Made by a program: the position numbers and the translations under genes. The notes under the pieces were generated by a model. The model ran no database searches, had not been told where the DNA came from, and saw only the letters and a program-made list of their open reading frames with translations. DNA of 63,981 nucleotides, counting the filler, from Octopus bimaculoides (lineage: Eukaryota): NCBI RefSeq assembly GCF_001194135.2. It is 8 parts of 7 records of this genome, joined end to end, with 100 filler letters (N's around TTAATTAATTAA, not from the genome) between each part and the next. Parts side by side here need not be neighbours in the genome. Positions count along the whole stretch, not along the records: positions 1 to 7,026 come from NC_068997.1; positions 7,127 to 13,298 come from NC_068988.1; 6 more parts are not named here. One strand, written 5' to 3'. Of the stretch, positions 1-10,191 are shown one piece after another (within the stretch, counting starts at the first letter, position 1; every line of letters begins with the position of its first letter).

Positions 1-269
1 GGCCAGGTACAGAGGTTTATCCTTGGCTAGATATTTCTCCTGCAGCTGTCTCACTAGAAATATGGCATCAGTGGTGCTTTTATCTGGCACGAACCCAAAC
101 TGCATCTCATCTAAATTGATTTGCTCCCTAATTAGTTGGGCTATGACCCTCTCCGTAACTTTCATAACCTGATCTAACAGCTTGATGCCTCTGTAATTAT
201 TAGTATCTAAAGCGTCACCTTTACCTTTGTAGCAGTTTACTATGATGCTGCTACACCAGTCATTGGGTC
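1..269 (-). mobile_element. RTE-clade LINE reverse transcriptase fragment (continues off window)
   Basis: Minus frame, stop-free: PNDWCSSIIVNCYKGKGDALDTNNYRGIKLLDQVMKVTERVI...QFGFVPDKSTTDAIFLVRQLQEKYLAKDKPLYLA. Matches the KG..NYRGI.LL and QFGF...ST.DAIF non-LTR RT motifs. Confidence 0.93.
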
Positions 270-372
270 ATTCGGGGCCGATAAATTAAGTACCAGTTGC
301 GTACTGGGGCCAATCTAACCCAAACTAGCCCCCTCCCCCAAAATTTCAGGCCTTTCTGCCTAGAGTAGAAAA
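268..372 (+). mobile_element. SINE family B, 3' half
   Basis: gataaattaagtaccagttgcgtactgggg...aaatttcaggcc...gcctagagtagaaaag, shared with 51085-51265. Confidence 0.8.
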
Positions 373-379
373 GAATTGT

Positions 380-472
380 GAGCACCCTGGGCAAAATGCC
401 TAGCAGCATTTTAGCTATTTATTACATTTTGAGTTCAAATTCCGCTGAGGCCAACTTCACCTATCATCCCTT
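380..472 (+). mobile_element. SINE family B, 5' half ending in a fold-back
   Basis: gcaaaatgcctagcagc...gagttcaaattccgctgaggccaacttcacc (B-box-like gagttcaaattcc). Confidence 0.75.
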
Positions 473-496
473 TAGGTGAAGTTGGCCTCAGTGGAA

Positions 497-650
497 TTTT
501 TTTCAACAAATTTTATTCAACAAAAACAATAACAACATGTAACAAAAACATTTTCAAATGATTATTCTGGAGCATATTCACCATCTACTTCAATTACTGC
601 TTCCCATTTGCTGAGCAGACGGTCAGACCATCATTTAAAGATGTTTTGTT
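497..650 (-). mobile_element. Partial mariner-derived MITE (same family as 9980-10191)
   Basis: Same terminal sequence ttttcaacaaattttattcaacaaaaacaataac. The interior is the reverse complement of about 10050-10140. Confidence 0.8.
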
Positions 651-698
651 TATGTATGTATACATACATACACATATATATATATATATATATATATA

Positions 699-1100
699 TT
701 AAGGAAAAATGTAAAGACTGAGAAGGTGAATGACAAGGACCTTTTTGTGTGCACAGTCTGTGACAGACCATGTCTGTCCTTGGCTGGCCTCAAATCTCAC
801 CTGCGAACCCATGGAAAACAAACCTCATCCAGCTATTCTGATTATATGTCTGTGCACACGTTTGAATGTGGTGTGTGCCAGAGGGTTTGCAAATCCAATG
901 GGGGTCTTAAAAGACATGTTAGGATCCACAATGAGCAGAACTTACTTGCAGGTATTGGTAGTGCAAATCAGAGGTGCAATCTGTGTGGGTGTTTTTTCAA
1001 AACACTGTCTGGTTTAAAAAGCCACATCAGACGCCATGAAAGGGCTAAGGTGTAGGTGCAGGAGGTGGTCAAACTCTGTTTAAGGAGTAGACAACCACCA
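699..1100 (+). mobile_element. 5'-truncated RTE-like LINE 3' end encoding three C2H2 zinc fingers
   Basis: ORF 726-1055, frame open back to the (TA)n tract. Three C-x2-C-x12-H-x3-H fingers with the C..C...C.S..GL.SH.R.H pattern and non-TGEKP linkers, short 3' tail, (TA)n on both flanks. Confidence 0.7.
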
Positions 1101-1111
1101 TATATATATAG

Positions 1112-1189
1112 TTAACAGAAGTAACAGAGTTTGATAAATGCCAATGCATGAAACTCCCTGACATTGAGTCACTCTGTTACTTCTGCTAA
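1112..1189. repeat. 78-bp element with 19-bp terminal inverted repeats
   Basis: ttaacagaagtaacagagt (1112-1130) vs actctgttacttctgctaa (1171-1189), 18/19 complementary. Confidence 0.6.
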
Positions 1190-1258
1190 ATATTAATAAA
1201 AGATATCCATATACTCATAATTTGAATTCTATTTTTCTTGTTTACATCAACATACCAG

Positions 1259-1293
<35 letters not shown>

Positions 1294-1574
1294 GCACACG
1301 TGTACAAACTCACACACACACACAGTGTTATGGTTCTGTATGAGTAAAAGAAAGTGTTCGGTACACACTTCTTGTGTGTAGTTTGTGTATTAATACCAAG
1401 GGAGACTTTATTGAAATGAAGATTATTTTTTAGTGGTTGTATGAAAAGAATAGATTAGGCTTAAAGCTTAATAGATTTGATTACAAGCTGGTTGTGTGCG
1501 TGTGTGTGTGTGTGTGCGTGTGTGTACGTGTGTGTCCGCAGGTGTGTGCGTGTTTGTGTGTTTAGTGTGAATGC

Positions 1575-1815
1575 TTGTGGCTTAGTGGTTAGGGGTATTC
1601 AGCTTACAATCATAAGGTCACGTGTTCAATTCCCAGTGGCACATTGTGTCCTTGAGCAAGACACTTTATTTCACACTGCTCCAGTCTACTCAGCTGGCAA
1701 AAATGAGTTGTACCTGTAATTCAAAGGGGGCCAGCCTTGTCACACTCTGTGTCAGGCTGGATCTCCCCCTAAAAATATTAAGGGTATGCATGTCTGTGGA
1801 GTACTCAGCCAGTAC
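1575..1815 (+). mobile_element. tRNA-derived SINE family D
   Basis: A-box tggcttagtggtta, B-box gttcaattccc, then ccttgagcaagacactttatttcac. Matches 59925-60180. Confidence 0.85.
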
Positions 1816-1839
1816 TTATTTATTTATTTGTTAACTTTG

Positions 1840-2120
1840 TACTTATTCTATTGGTCTCTTTTGCTGGACTGCTACATTACGGGGACATAAACACACCAAC
1901 ACCAGTCGTCAAGTGGTTGTAGGGAACAAACACACACACACACACACATATTATATACAGTGGGCTTCTTTCAGTTTCCATCTACCAAATCCACTCACAC
2001 GGCTTTGGTTTGCTCAAAGCTATAGTGGAAAACACTTGCCGAAGGTGCCACGCAGTGGAACTGAACCCAGAACCATGTGGTTGGGAAGCAAGCTTCTTAC
2101 CCCATGCCCACACCTGCACC
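1840..2120 (-). mobile_element. tRNA-derived SINE family A
   Basis: Reverse complement of the family consensus (ggttcagtcccactgcgtggcaccttgggcaagtg...gatttggtagacggaaactgaaagaagcc) with an internal (CA)n. Confidence 0.85.
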
Positions 2121-2431
2121 TGCTTATACATCTGTGTTGTTTATAATATTAATGATCATTAATGATCATATGACCTTCATTTTGATTGTTGAGATGTGTG
2201 TAGCTTCTTGTGATTGAAACAAGACCTTGAACAAGAGTCTCTGTGCTGCTTACAAATCTAGGTTAAATGTATCATTGTGACTGGGTCAGAAAACTGGATT
2301 TTTCACAATAATTATTGCAGCTATTTCCAATGTAATATGGCAGGAATTTTTCACATTTTTCTCTCATGTTGTTAAGCATGAAAAAGACTGGTTTCTGAAC
2401 ACTCCTAGATTTTATCATCTTTTATTATTTT

Positions 2432-2642
2432 TTTTACTTGTTTCAGTCATTAGACTATGGTCATGCTGGGGCAGCACCTCGACAAATTTGTAGTCAAATC
2501 AATCAACTCCAGTACTTGTTTTTTTAAAAGTCTGGGACTTATTCTATCAGGGTCTTTTAGCTGAACTGTGTCATGTAGTGGTGAACTGGTTGTCAAGTAG
2601 TGGTGTGGAACAAACAAACACACACACACACACATATATTAT

Positions 2643-2692
<50 letters not shown>

Positions 2693-2865
2693 ACAGGCTT
2701 CTCTTCTCACAGTTTCCATCTACCAAATCTGCTCACCAGGCATTGGTCAGCCTGTGGCTATAGTAGACAGCACTTGCCCAAGTTGCCAGAGAGTGTGACT
2801 GAACCCAGAATCATGTGGGTGGGAAGCAAACTTCTTAACACACAGCCACTCCTGCGCCTCGTTTA
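2432..2865 (-). mobile_element. SINE family A, near full length
   Basis: tttacttgtttcagtcatt...ccatgctggggcagcacc at one end, aaccatgtgggtgggaagc head at the other. Confidence 0.85.
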
Positions 2866-3042
2866 CAACCCATCACCTCCACAATTGTTGATTATCATTA
2901 TTTACCGTTTGCGGAGTTTTATTACATAACCTGTCCTTCATAAATAATTACACCAAAATATTGAGGTGTTTTTGTGAAGTCTGAGAAGTTAAGTGGAAAT
3001 CTGAAGGACAAACCATTTGCATAAAAATTAGGTTCTTTTATC

Positions 3043-3360
3043 TTTTACTTGTTTCGTTCATTGGCCTGTGGCCATGCTGGGGCATTGCCTTGAAGGATTT
3101 TAGTCAAACAAATTGACCCCAGTACTAATTTTTTTAAAGCCTGGCACTTCTATCTCTTGCTGAAGTACTAAGTTATGAGGACATGAACTAACACCAGTCA
3201 GTTGTCAAGGTGGGGGCACACACTCACACACACAACAGGCTTCCTCACAGTCTCCATCCATTAAAGGCATTAATCAACCAGGGACTACAGGCAACAGACA
3301 TTTGCCCAAAGTACCAAACAGTGGGATTGAACTACTTAACCACATTGGCATGCCACACCT
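3043..3360 (-). mobile_element. SINE family A, diverged
   Basis: ttttacttgtttcgttcattggcctgtggccatgctggggc and subsequent family blocks. Confidence 0.75.
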
Positions 3361-3497
3361 ATATGAAATGAAACATTTTAATTTCATTCCAGTTGCCTAT
3401 TTCCACGAACATTCCATAAACATTCAAGTTGTATTTTGACTGAAAATTTATCTCGATGCTTGACCGTGTGTTTCATACGTTTGCGACCCAAACCCAG

Positions 3498-3620
3498 GTG
3501 CAAGTATGGTTGTGTGGTAAGGAATTTACTTCCCAGCCACATGGTTCTGAGTTCAGTCCTACATTGGCTAACCAAAGCCTTGTTCATGGATTTAGTAGAC
3601 AGAAACTGAAAGAAGTCCTT
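3498..3620 (+). mobile_element. SINE family A, 5' part
   Basis: ggttgtgtggtaagga...cacatggttctgagttcagtcc...tagacagaaactgaaagaag. Confidence 0.75.
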
Positions 3621-3988
3621 CATAAACAAAACCTCCCTTTGACACTCAGTTCTGAATGAGTCACCATCCTTCAATTTAAGGATGGCTTGTCTTTCATTTC
3701 TTCTCGTCTTCATCATCATCCAGTTTTTTAAATCTGGGTTTTGTCTATATTAACTGGGGTGCCTGGATCTACAATCATTTGGAATGGTTTCCTGTAACTG
3801 AATAATCTTCAGTATTGTTATTGATGTATTCTTTTGAATCATTAAGAATTTATGATACCATTTTGAAGGTGACAGTCATATTTGGCATTCACTTTGATGG
3901 GTAAAACAAACAAGAACGTTAAATCATTTTATATTTTATTAATCCTGAATAAATGTCTGATTCTTTTTCTTTTTTCTTTTTTTGGCAG

Positions 3989-4090
3989 AGAAAAATTAGT
4001 CTTCAAAATGTTCTGCAGAACAAGGCAAATTTTGTGATCCAAAGGAGTCTATCTCATGAGCCCCTAAGTGAGAGCAGTCCATCAGTATTG
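3989..4090 (+). CDS. Candidate internal coding exon (102 nt, phase 0/0), product unknown
   Basis: Long polypyrimidine tract ending ttttggcag, open frame RKISLQNVLQNKANFVIQRSLSHEPLSESSPSVL, donor TTG/gtaagg. No homology recognised. Confidence 0.45.
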
Positions 4091-4164
4091 GTAAGGAGAA
4101 TTGTCTACTTGCAATGATTAGTAAAGGGCTTTTATTTACTAAAATGGTCAAGCGTAGCTGTGTG

Positions 4165-4510
4165 GAGGCACAGGCATAGTTGTGTGATAAGAAGTTTGTT
4201 TCCCAACTACAGGGTTCCAAGGTCGGCCCCACTGCATGACACCTTGGGCAAGTGTCTTTGTCCTCGGGCCAACCAAACAATTGTGAGTGAATTTGGTAGA
4301 TGGAAACTGAAAGAAGCCTGTATATTTATATATACCTATGTGTATATATATCTTTGTAACTGTGTTTGTCCCCGACAACTGCTTGACGACCAGTGTTTGT
4401 GTGTTTATGACTTAGCAGTTCGGCGAAAGAGACCAGGCATTAAAAAATCAAGACAGGGATTAATTCCTTCAGCCCCAGCATGGCCACAGTCACATAACTG
4501 AAACAAGGAA
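4165..4510 (+). mobile_element. SINE family A
   Basis: ccactgcatgacaccttgggcaagtgtct...gatggaaactgaaagaagcc...gcatggccacagtc. Confidence 0.85.
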
Positions 4511-4754
4511 AAGGGAAATGGTAAAAGGAATCATTCTAATGAGATTATGCGGCAGGAAGTAGGAGACTGTCAAATGACAAACAGCAGAGAACGAGTGAAC
4601 GGCAGAAAAAGATGAACAGTAACAGAGAGGAAAAGTGAGTGGGAGAATTAGAATGGGAAGGGTTTAGAGCACTGGTTTCCAACCTTTTTACTACCAAGGA
4701 CCCCTTTTATTTAAATGAGTTTTCCCACAGAGACCAATACAAAACGTACTAACT

Positions 4755-4850
4755 AGGCTTACAAAGAATAAGTCCTGGGGTCGATTTGTCTGACTCAAGG
4801 TGGTGCTCCAGCATGGCCGCATTCAAAATGACTGAAACCAATAAAAGAAT
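4755..4850 (+). mobile_element. SINE family A 3' fragment inside the hAT element
   Basis: ctaggcttacaaagaataagtcctggggtcgatttg...gcatggccgc...atgactgaaac. Confidence 0.8.
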
Positions 4851-4860
4851 ATATATATAT

Positions 4861-5460
4861 CATCATCATCATCATCATCATCGTTTAACGTTCGCTTTCC
4901 ATGCTAGCATGGGTTGAATGATTTGACTGAGGACTGGCAAGCCAGAAGGCTGCACTAGGCTCCAATCTGATTTGGCAGAGTTTCTACAGCTGGATGCCCT
5001 TCCTGACACCAACCACTCTAAGAGTGTAGTGGGTGCTTTTACATGCCACCGGCACGAGGGCCAGTCACACGGTACTGGTAACGACCACACTTAAAAAGGT
5101 GTTTTTACATGCCACCTGCTTGGGAGCCAGTCCAGCGGCACTGGCAATGACCTCATTCGAATGATTTTCTAACATGCCACCAGCACAAGTGCTAGAAGGC
5201 GACGCTGGTAACAATTACACTCAAATGGTGCTATTTATGGGCCACCAGCACGGAAGCCAGACAGCTGCTCTGGCAATGAACACGCTCAGACAGTGCTGTT
5301 AATGCTCCACTGGCACAGGTGCCACTCATCGAGTATGGTTCAATTACGATTTCGATTTTACTTGCCTCAACAGGTCTTCGCAAGCAGAGTTTAGTGTTCA
5401 ATGAAGGAGAGGTTGGCATGGGTGCCAGTCATCGGATTCGGTTCGATTTCGATTTCAGAT
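4861..5460 (-). mobile_element. Family C retroposon, (GAT)n-tailed, with an internal 65-bp tandem array
   Basis: (cat)n cgtttaacgttcgctttccatgctagcatggg...ggatgcccttcc, shared with 5815, 35445, 37381 and 50487. Confidence 0.8.
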
Positions 5461-5814
5461 TTCAAATGAAATTTTGAACTCACGGACCCCTAGTACTACC
5501 TTTGCAGACCCCTGGTTGGGAACCACTGATTTAGAGATTTTGTAATTCCTTTGACACCACTTGGAACATAAGGCTTCAACAAGAGATCTCCATCTGTTTC
5601 AATCCTTGGCAATGGATTGGTCACCAGCTGTCGCCACCTGCCACTGCTTCAGTTTAATGAGTTGCAGTAAGAGGTGGAGATTCTTGTGTATTTGCATTAT
5701 TTATACATTCAGATGTCACCTACTTTTTAAATAACCTTACACTCTATTGAAAGCACAATCAACAGACTAAATGTCGATAGACAGATGTTTAAATGATGAA
5801 AGCAAAAGAAGTGT

Positions 5815-6200
5815 GTCATCATCATCAACATCATCATCTCCATTTAATGTCTGCTTTCCATGCTGGCATGGGTTGGACTGTTTCACTGAAAACTGGTAAG
5901 CTGGGGAGCTGCACCAAGTTCCAATGCATAGATGGCATGGTTTCTATAGTTGGATGCCTTTCCTTATGCCAACCACTGAAAGAGTTATGTGCCACTGGCA
6001 TGGGTGCCAGTTACAAAACACCAGTTTTGGTTACGACTGCGATCTCACTTGGCCTGACGGGTCTTCCCAAGCACGGTAAAATTGCCAAAGGTCTCGGTCA
6101 CTTGGCACTGCCTCTGCAAGGCCCAGAGTTTGAAGTATGCTTATTACATGCCACTGGCACAGGTGCCGGTTATGCAACATTGGCATACTGCTCTATTTTT
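5815..6200 (-). mobile_element. Family C retroposon, diverged
   Basis: catcatc...tttaatgtctgctttccatgctggcatgggttgg...ggatgcctttcc. Confidence 0.75.
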
Positions 6201-6642
6201 CTGTCATTATCAATTTCATTAATTTATTACTGATACATCAAGTACTTATCTCTGCTGCTGATGTAATTAAGCCACCGGAGTAGAATTAGCATTCAAGTCA
6301 TTCGACATTCTATAATACTTATAGATATATATATACCATATGCAATAAAAATCTTTTCACCTCATAGACAAACATTCTCACTAATGTACTTCAAAGACGA
6401 ATGAATAAAAAGAGCCATGTCTTTTTTTCAGTCTTGTGTATTCCATTAAAAAAAAACCTTCCTCTCATCTTCTTCACTCTATAATAATGGTCTGACCTAA
6501 AATGAAAATGTAATGGTTTTTCTTTTTGTCAACCCCAAGCACTTTCTGCAAGTCCCTCTTTCATAGAACTATCCGGAACTCTCTTCTTAGTTTTGCTGAA
6601 ATTTTCACTGTAATCCCCTCCTCTATCCTTAATTATCATTAT

Positions 6643-6900
6643 TTGGTAGACAGAAACTGAAAGAAGCCCATTGTATATATATATATGTGTATGTATTTGT
6701 GTGTCTGTGTTTGTCTCACCACCATTGCTTGACAACCAATGTTGGTGTGTTTACATCCCCGTAATCTAGTGGTTCAGCAAAAGAGACTGATAAAATAAGT
6801 ACTAGGCTTACAAAGAATAAGTCCTGGAGGCAGTTTGTTCGACTAAAGGCGGTGGTCCAGCATGGCCACAGTCAAATGACTGAAACCAGTAAAAGAAGAA
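6643..6900 (+). mobile_element. SINE family A, 3' half
   Basis: atttggtagacagaaactgaaagaagcc...aagtactaggcttacaaagaataagtcc. Confidence 0.85.
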
Positions 6901-7194
6901 AAAGAATATGTTTATGAATTTGTCTTGTAAGATTCCTGATGTGAAATTGTGTGTTGAAACAGATATTGTTATATTTCAGGATGGTCATTTTTTTTTCCTG
7001 CCAAATAAACACACACACTATATAGTNNNNNNNNNNNNNNNNNNNNNNNNNNNNNNNNNNNNNNNNNNNNTTAATTAATTAANNNNNNNNNNNNNNNNNN
7101 NNNNNNNNNNNNNNNNNNNNNNNNNNGTCTTCGTGTTGTTTGTTTTTGTTTTTTTGTGTTTGTTCTTCGTCTTTTGGGGAGAAGGTATTAATTA

Positions 7195-7238
<44 letters not shown>

Positions 7239-7384
7239 GAGAGAGGGGGGAGAGACTGTATTTTTGTGGCTATAAGGGTCTTTGTCTCTTGTTTCTACCA
7301 ATATAGGTGCTCTCCTGCATCCTCATTCAATATTAGTGATAATTGAATTTTTCTTTCTTGGTTCTATATTGCACCTAGCCACCA

Positions 7385-7426
7385 TCCTTATTATTTATAT
7401 ATATGTACATATATATACATACATAT

Positions 7427-7463
<37 letters not shown>

Positions 7464-7492
7464 GAAAGAATGATAGATATATATATGTATGT

Positions 7493-7526
<34 letters not shown>

Positions 7527-7589
7527 GGATAGATAGATAGATAGAGATAAATATATGTATATATTTATATGTACATATACACATACACA

Positions 7590-7629
<40 letters not shown>

Positions 7630-7716
7630 CATACGCACACTGAGGTTCGTCAACTATCTTTATTCTCTTACTTTTTCCTGTCTTTGGATTGCGACTATGC
7701 TGAGGTACCATCTCTA

Positions 7717-7768
<52 letters not shown>

Positions 7769-7910
7769 TGCGTGCGTGTGCACGCGCGTGTGATATTGGA
7801 AAGCTATATGCACACATACATACAAATGTACACATGCATACACACACATACGCACAAACACATACATACATAAAGTATATACATACCTACATAAAGTACA
7901 TACATACATA
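7385..7910. repeat. Compound microsatellite block (GACA, GATA, CA, TG, CATA)
   Basis: Directly visible. Confidence 0.95.
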
Positions 7911-8402
7911 AGACGAGGAGAAAACAGAATTTGCCTAACCTTTGAATTATGGCGGCCGCAAATGATGATTGTAACTGGCAAAATTGTCCATTGTCATCAA
8001 ATAGTGAATATCATCAAATAGGCAATCGGAGAGAGAGAGAGGGGGGGAGGGAATACAGGAGGAAATAGATCGTTAATAATTTAGGGAACGTGGTTAAGTC
8101 TTGGGTGGTATGTCACGTTGAACGTGGTGGTGGAGCTTTGTGGTGGAGCAAATGTTATGTACGAGCGGAAGGAAAGAGTAAATTGCAATCACGCAAAACA
8201 AACATCAAAAGGAGTGGAGCAGTCAAGCATCGTTGCACTGTTAAAAATATTAGCATACTGATTGCCGTTTCTGATTTATGAAACTTCGTCTCTGCTGTAC
8301 AGCGTGTCTTCGTCATTCTTTTATCGTTTCTTTCTTTTTCGTCACTTCTTTTTCTTCCCCCTTTCCGCTCATCAGGTTTTTATTCCCTCCTGCCTCTCTC
8401 CC

Positions 8403-8403
<1 letters not shown>

Positions 8404-8433
<30 letters not shown>

Positions 8434-8519
8434 CTTCTTCTTCTTCTTCTTCTTCTTCTTCTTCTTCTTCTTCTTCTTCTTCTTCTTCTTCTTCTTCTTC
8501 TTCTTCTTCTTCTTCTTCT
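8404..8519. repeat. (TTC)n microsatellite running into a gap
   Basis: Directly visible. Confidence 0.98.
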
Positions 8520-9979
8520 NNNNNNNNNNNNNNNNNNNNNNNNNNNNNNNNNNNNNNNNNNNNNNNNNNNNNNNNNNNNNNNNNNNNNNNNNNNNNNNNN
8601 NNNNNNNNNNNNNNNNNNNNNNNNNNNNNNNNNNNNNNNNNNNNNNNNNNNNNNNNNNNNNNNNNNNNNNNNNNNNNNNNNNNNNNNNNNNNNNNNNNNN
8701 NNNNNNNNNNNNNNNNNNNNNNNNNNNNNNNNNNNNNNNNNNNNNNNNNNNNNNNNNNNTATTCCTTTCTCTCTCACGTCATTTGACATCATGTCTTACT
8801 TTCATTTTTCTTCTCATCGCTACTTATTTTCCTTCTCTCTCTCGTTTTCTTTCTTTCCCCCTCTCTTTCTTTCTCTCTCACGGCTTTACCTCTAACTCTG
8901 TAATTTTTTTTTTTTTTGTTCTAATCATTCTCTCTTTCTCTCGTTTCTTTGTCACATTATTTTTAAATTTAGCTTTCTTCTCTCTTTTTTGCTCACTTCT
9001 GATACATTCTTTTGTAGAATCACTCGTGATTGAAAGTTTGTGGTAGCCATGGCAGTTGTTGTAACTGTGAGAGTACTAGCTGTAGTGATGTTCATCGTTG
9101 TGTTTAGGTCTTAGCAGTGGCTGTGTTAGTGGTAATCGAGGTAGTGCTGGTAGTAGTAATTAATGCTGCTTAGTTGTCGTTGTGGTTATTGTAGTATTAA
9201 ATATATGGATATTGGTGGTAGAGGTGGCGACGGAGGAGGGAATACATTCCATATTTTAGAGTCTGGATCATTCAAACTTATCGGTGTGAGAAAAGAAACT
9301 GTCCATAACAACATACTAAATAAACACTGTGAACCATAATTGATCTGGACAGTACAACGAACACATCTATTCACAAAATAGCTGCAGTTCAAGGCACAAG
9401 TAGTGATGAATCCAGAGAAAATTCCATCTGTCTAGAAAAAAATATTGAAGCTACGGATTAGAACTGAGGAAGCGGCCTTGTTCCAAGTCCAGTAAAATAG
9501 TTTTAGAATCTGATTTTATTGACATAACAATTATTCTTTAATGCTAAAAGACAATGAAAAGGCAATAACAAGACGTAGACTTATACGTTGTAGTTTCGTT
9601 TTACACATGGCCAGACATGATTTAGTAGACTTAAGGCGTTCTGCGTCCATCCCATATTTTTTCAAGCATAGTGCTTCGTAAATATTATTGTCTATTATGT
9701 AAGACAATAGACGAAGACGATTTGTAAGAGGTTTGAGGAAGGTATAGCTACTATTTCTAATATGCTGAGAGATCTCGTTGGACATAGTGTGTGTAGAATA
9801 GCATCGAAAACCTCCCATTTTATCAGAACTTAACTTAAAATCTTTAAATTTCTCTATGAAGAAGGCTTTAATACGAAACGTCAAGTAACCGTTTCCCATA
9901 GCATATGAACTTGTTCAGATTTGCGAAATGTATAATAGAATTTTCTTACTCAAGTATACCGTTTATGATTTCTTAGATA

Positions 9980-10191
9980 TTGTGGCTTTTTTTTCAACAA
10001 ATTTTATTCAACAAAAACAATAACAATATTTAGCAAAACCATCTTTAAATGACGGTCTGATCCTCTGCCAAGCGAATGGGAAGCAGTAATTGTAGTAGAT
10101 GATAAATATGCTCTGGAATAATCATTTAAAGATGTTTGTTACATGCTGTTATTATTTTTGTTGAATAAAATTTGTTGAAAAAAAGCCGCAA
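9980..10191 (+). mobile_element. Mariner-derived MITE, 212 bp
   Basis: Roughly 70-bp imperfect TIRs (ttgtggctttttttcaacaaattttattcaac / gttgaataaaatttgttgaaaaaaagccgcaa), TA on both flanks. Interior 10065-10121 reads LPSEWEAVIVVDDKYALE*, resembling the mariner C-terminus LP.RW..V....G.Y. Confidence 0.8.

Larger units (their letters stand above)
4670..5528. mobile_element. hAT-type non-autonomous element carrying nested insertions
   Basis: TIRs cactggtttccaacc (4670-4684) / ggttgggaaccactg (5514-5528). 8-bp TSD gtttagag / atttagag (7/8). Confidence 0.8.

Noticed and set aside
726-1055. Call as a host C2H2-ZNF gene
   Set aside because: No ATG or splice acceptor, non-canonical linkers, TA flanks and an RTE-type finger signature favour a retroelement tail. 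Kept as a finding instead.
5037-5365. Regularly spaced repeats as a CRISPR-like array
   Set aside because: Whole units are homologous with no unique spacers, and they sit inside a eukaryotic retroposon
5793-6233. 146-aa ORF with a His-rich start
   Set aside because: Reads through the (CAT)n tail and body of a family C repeat
7071-7082. TTAATTAATTAA islands inside N runs (also about 13343, 21883, 28729, 50740, 52949 and 60337)
   Set aside because: Identical six-frame-stop spacer centred in fixed-length gaps, so an assembler artefact and not biology
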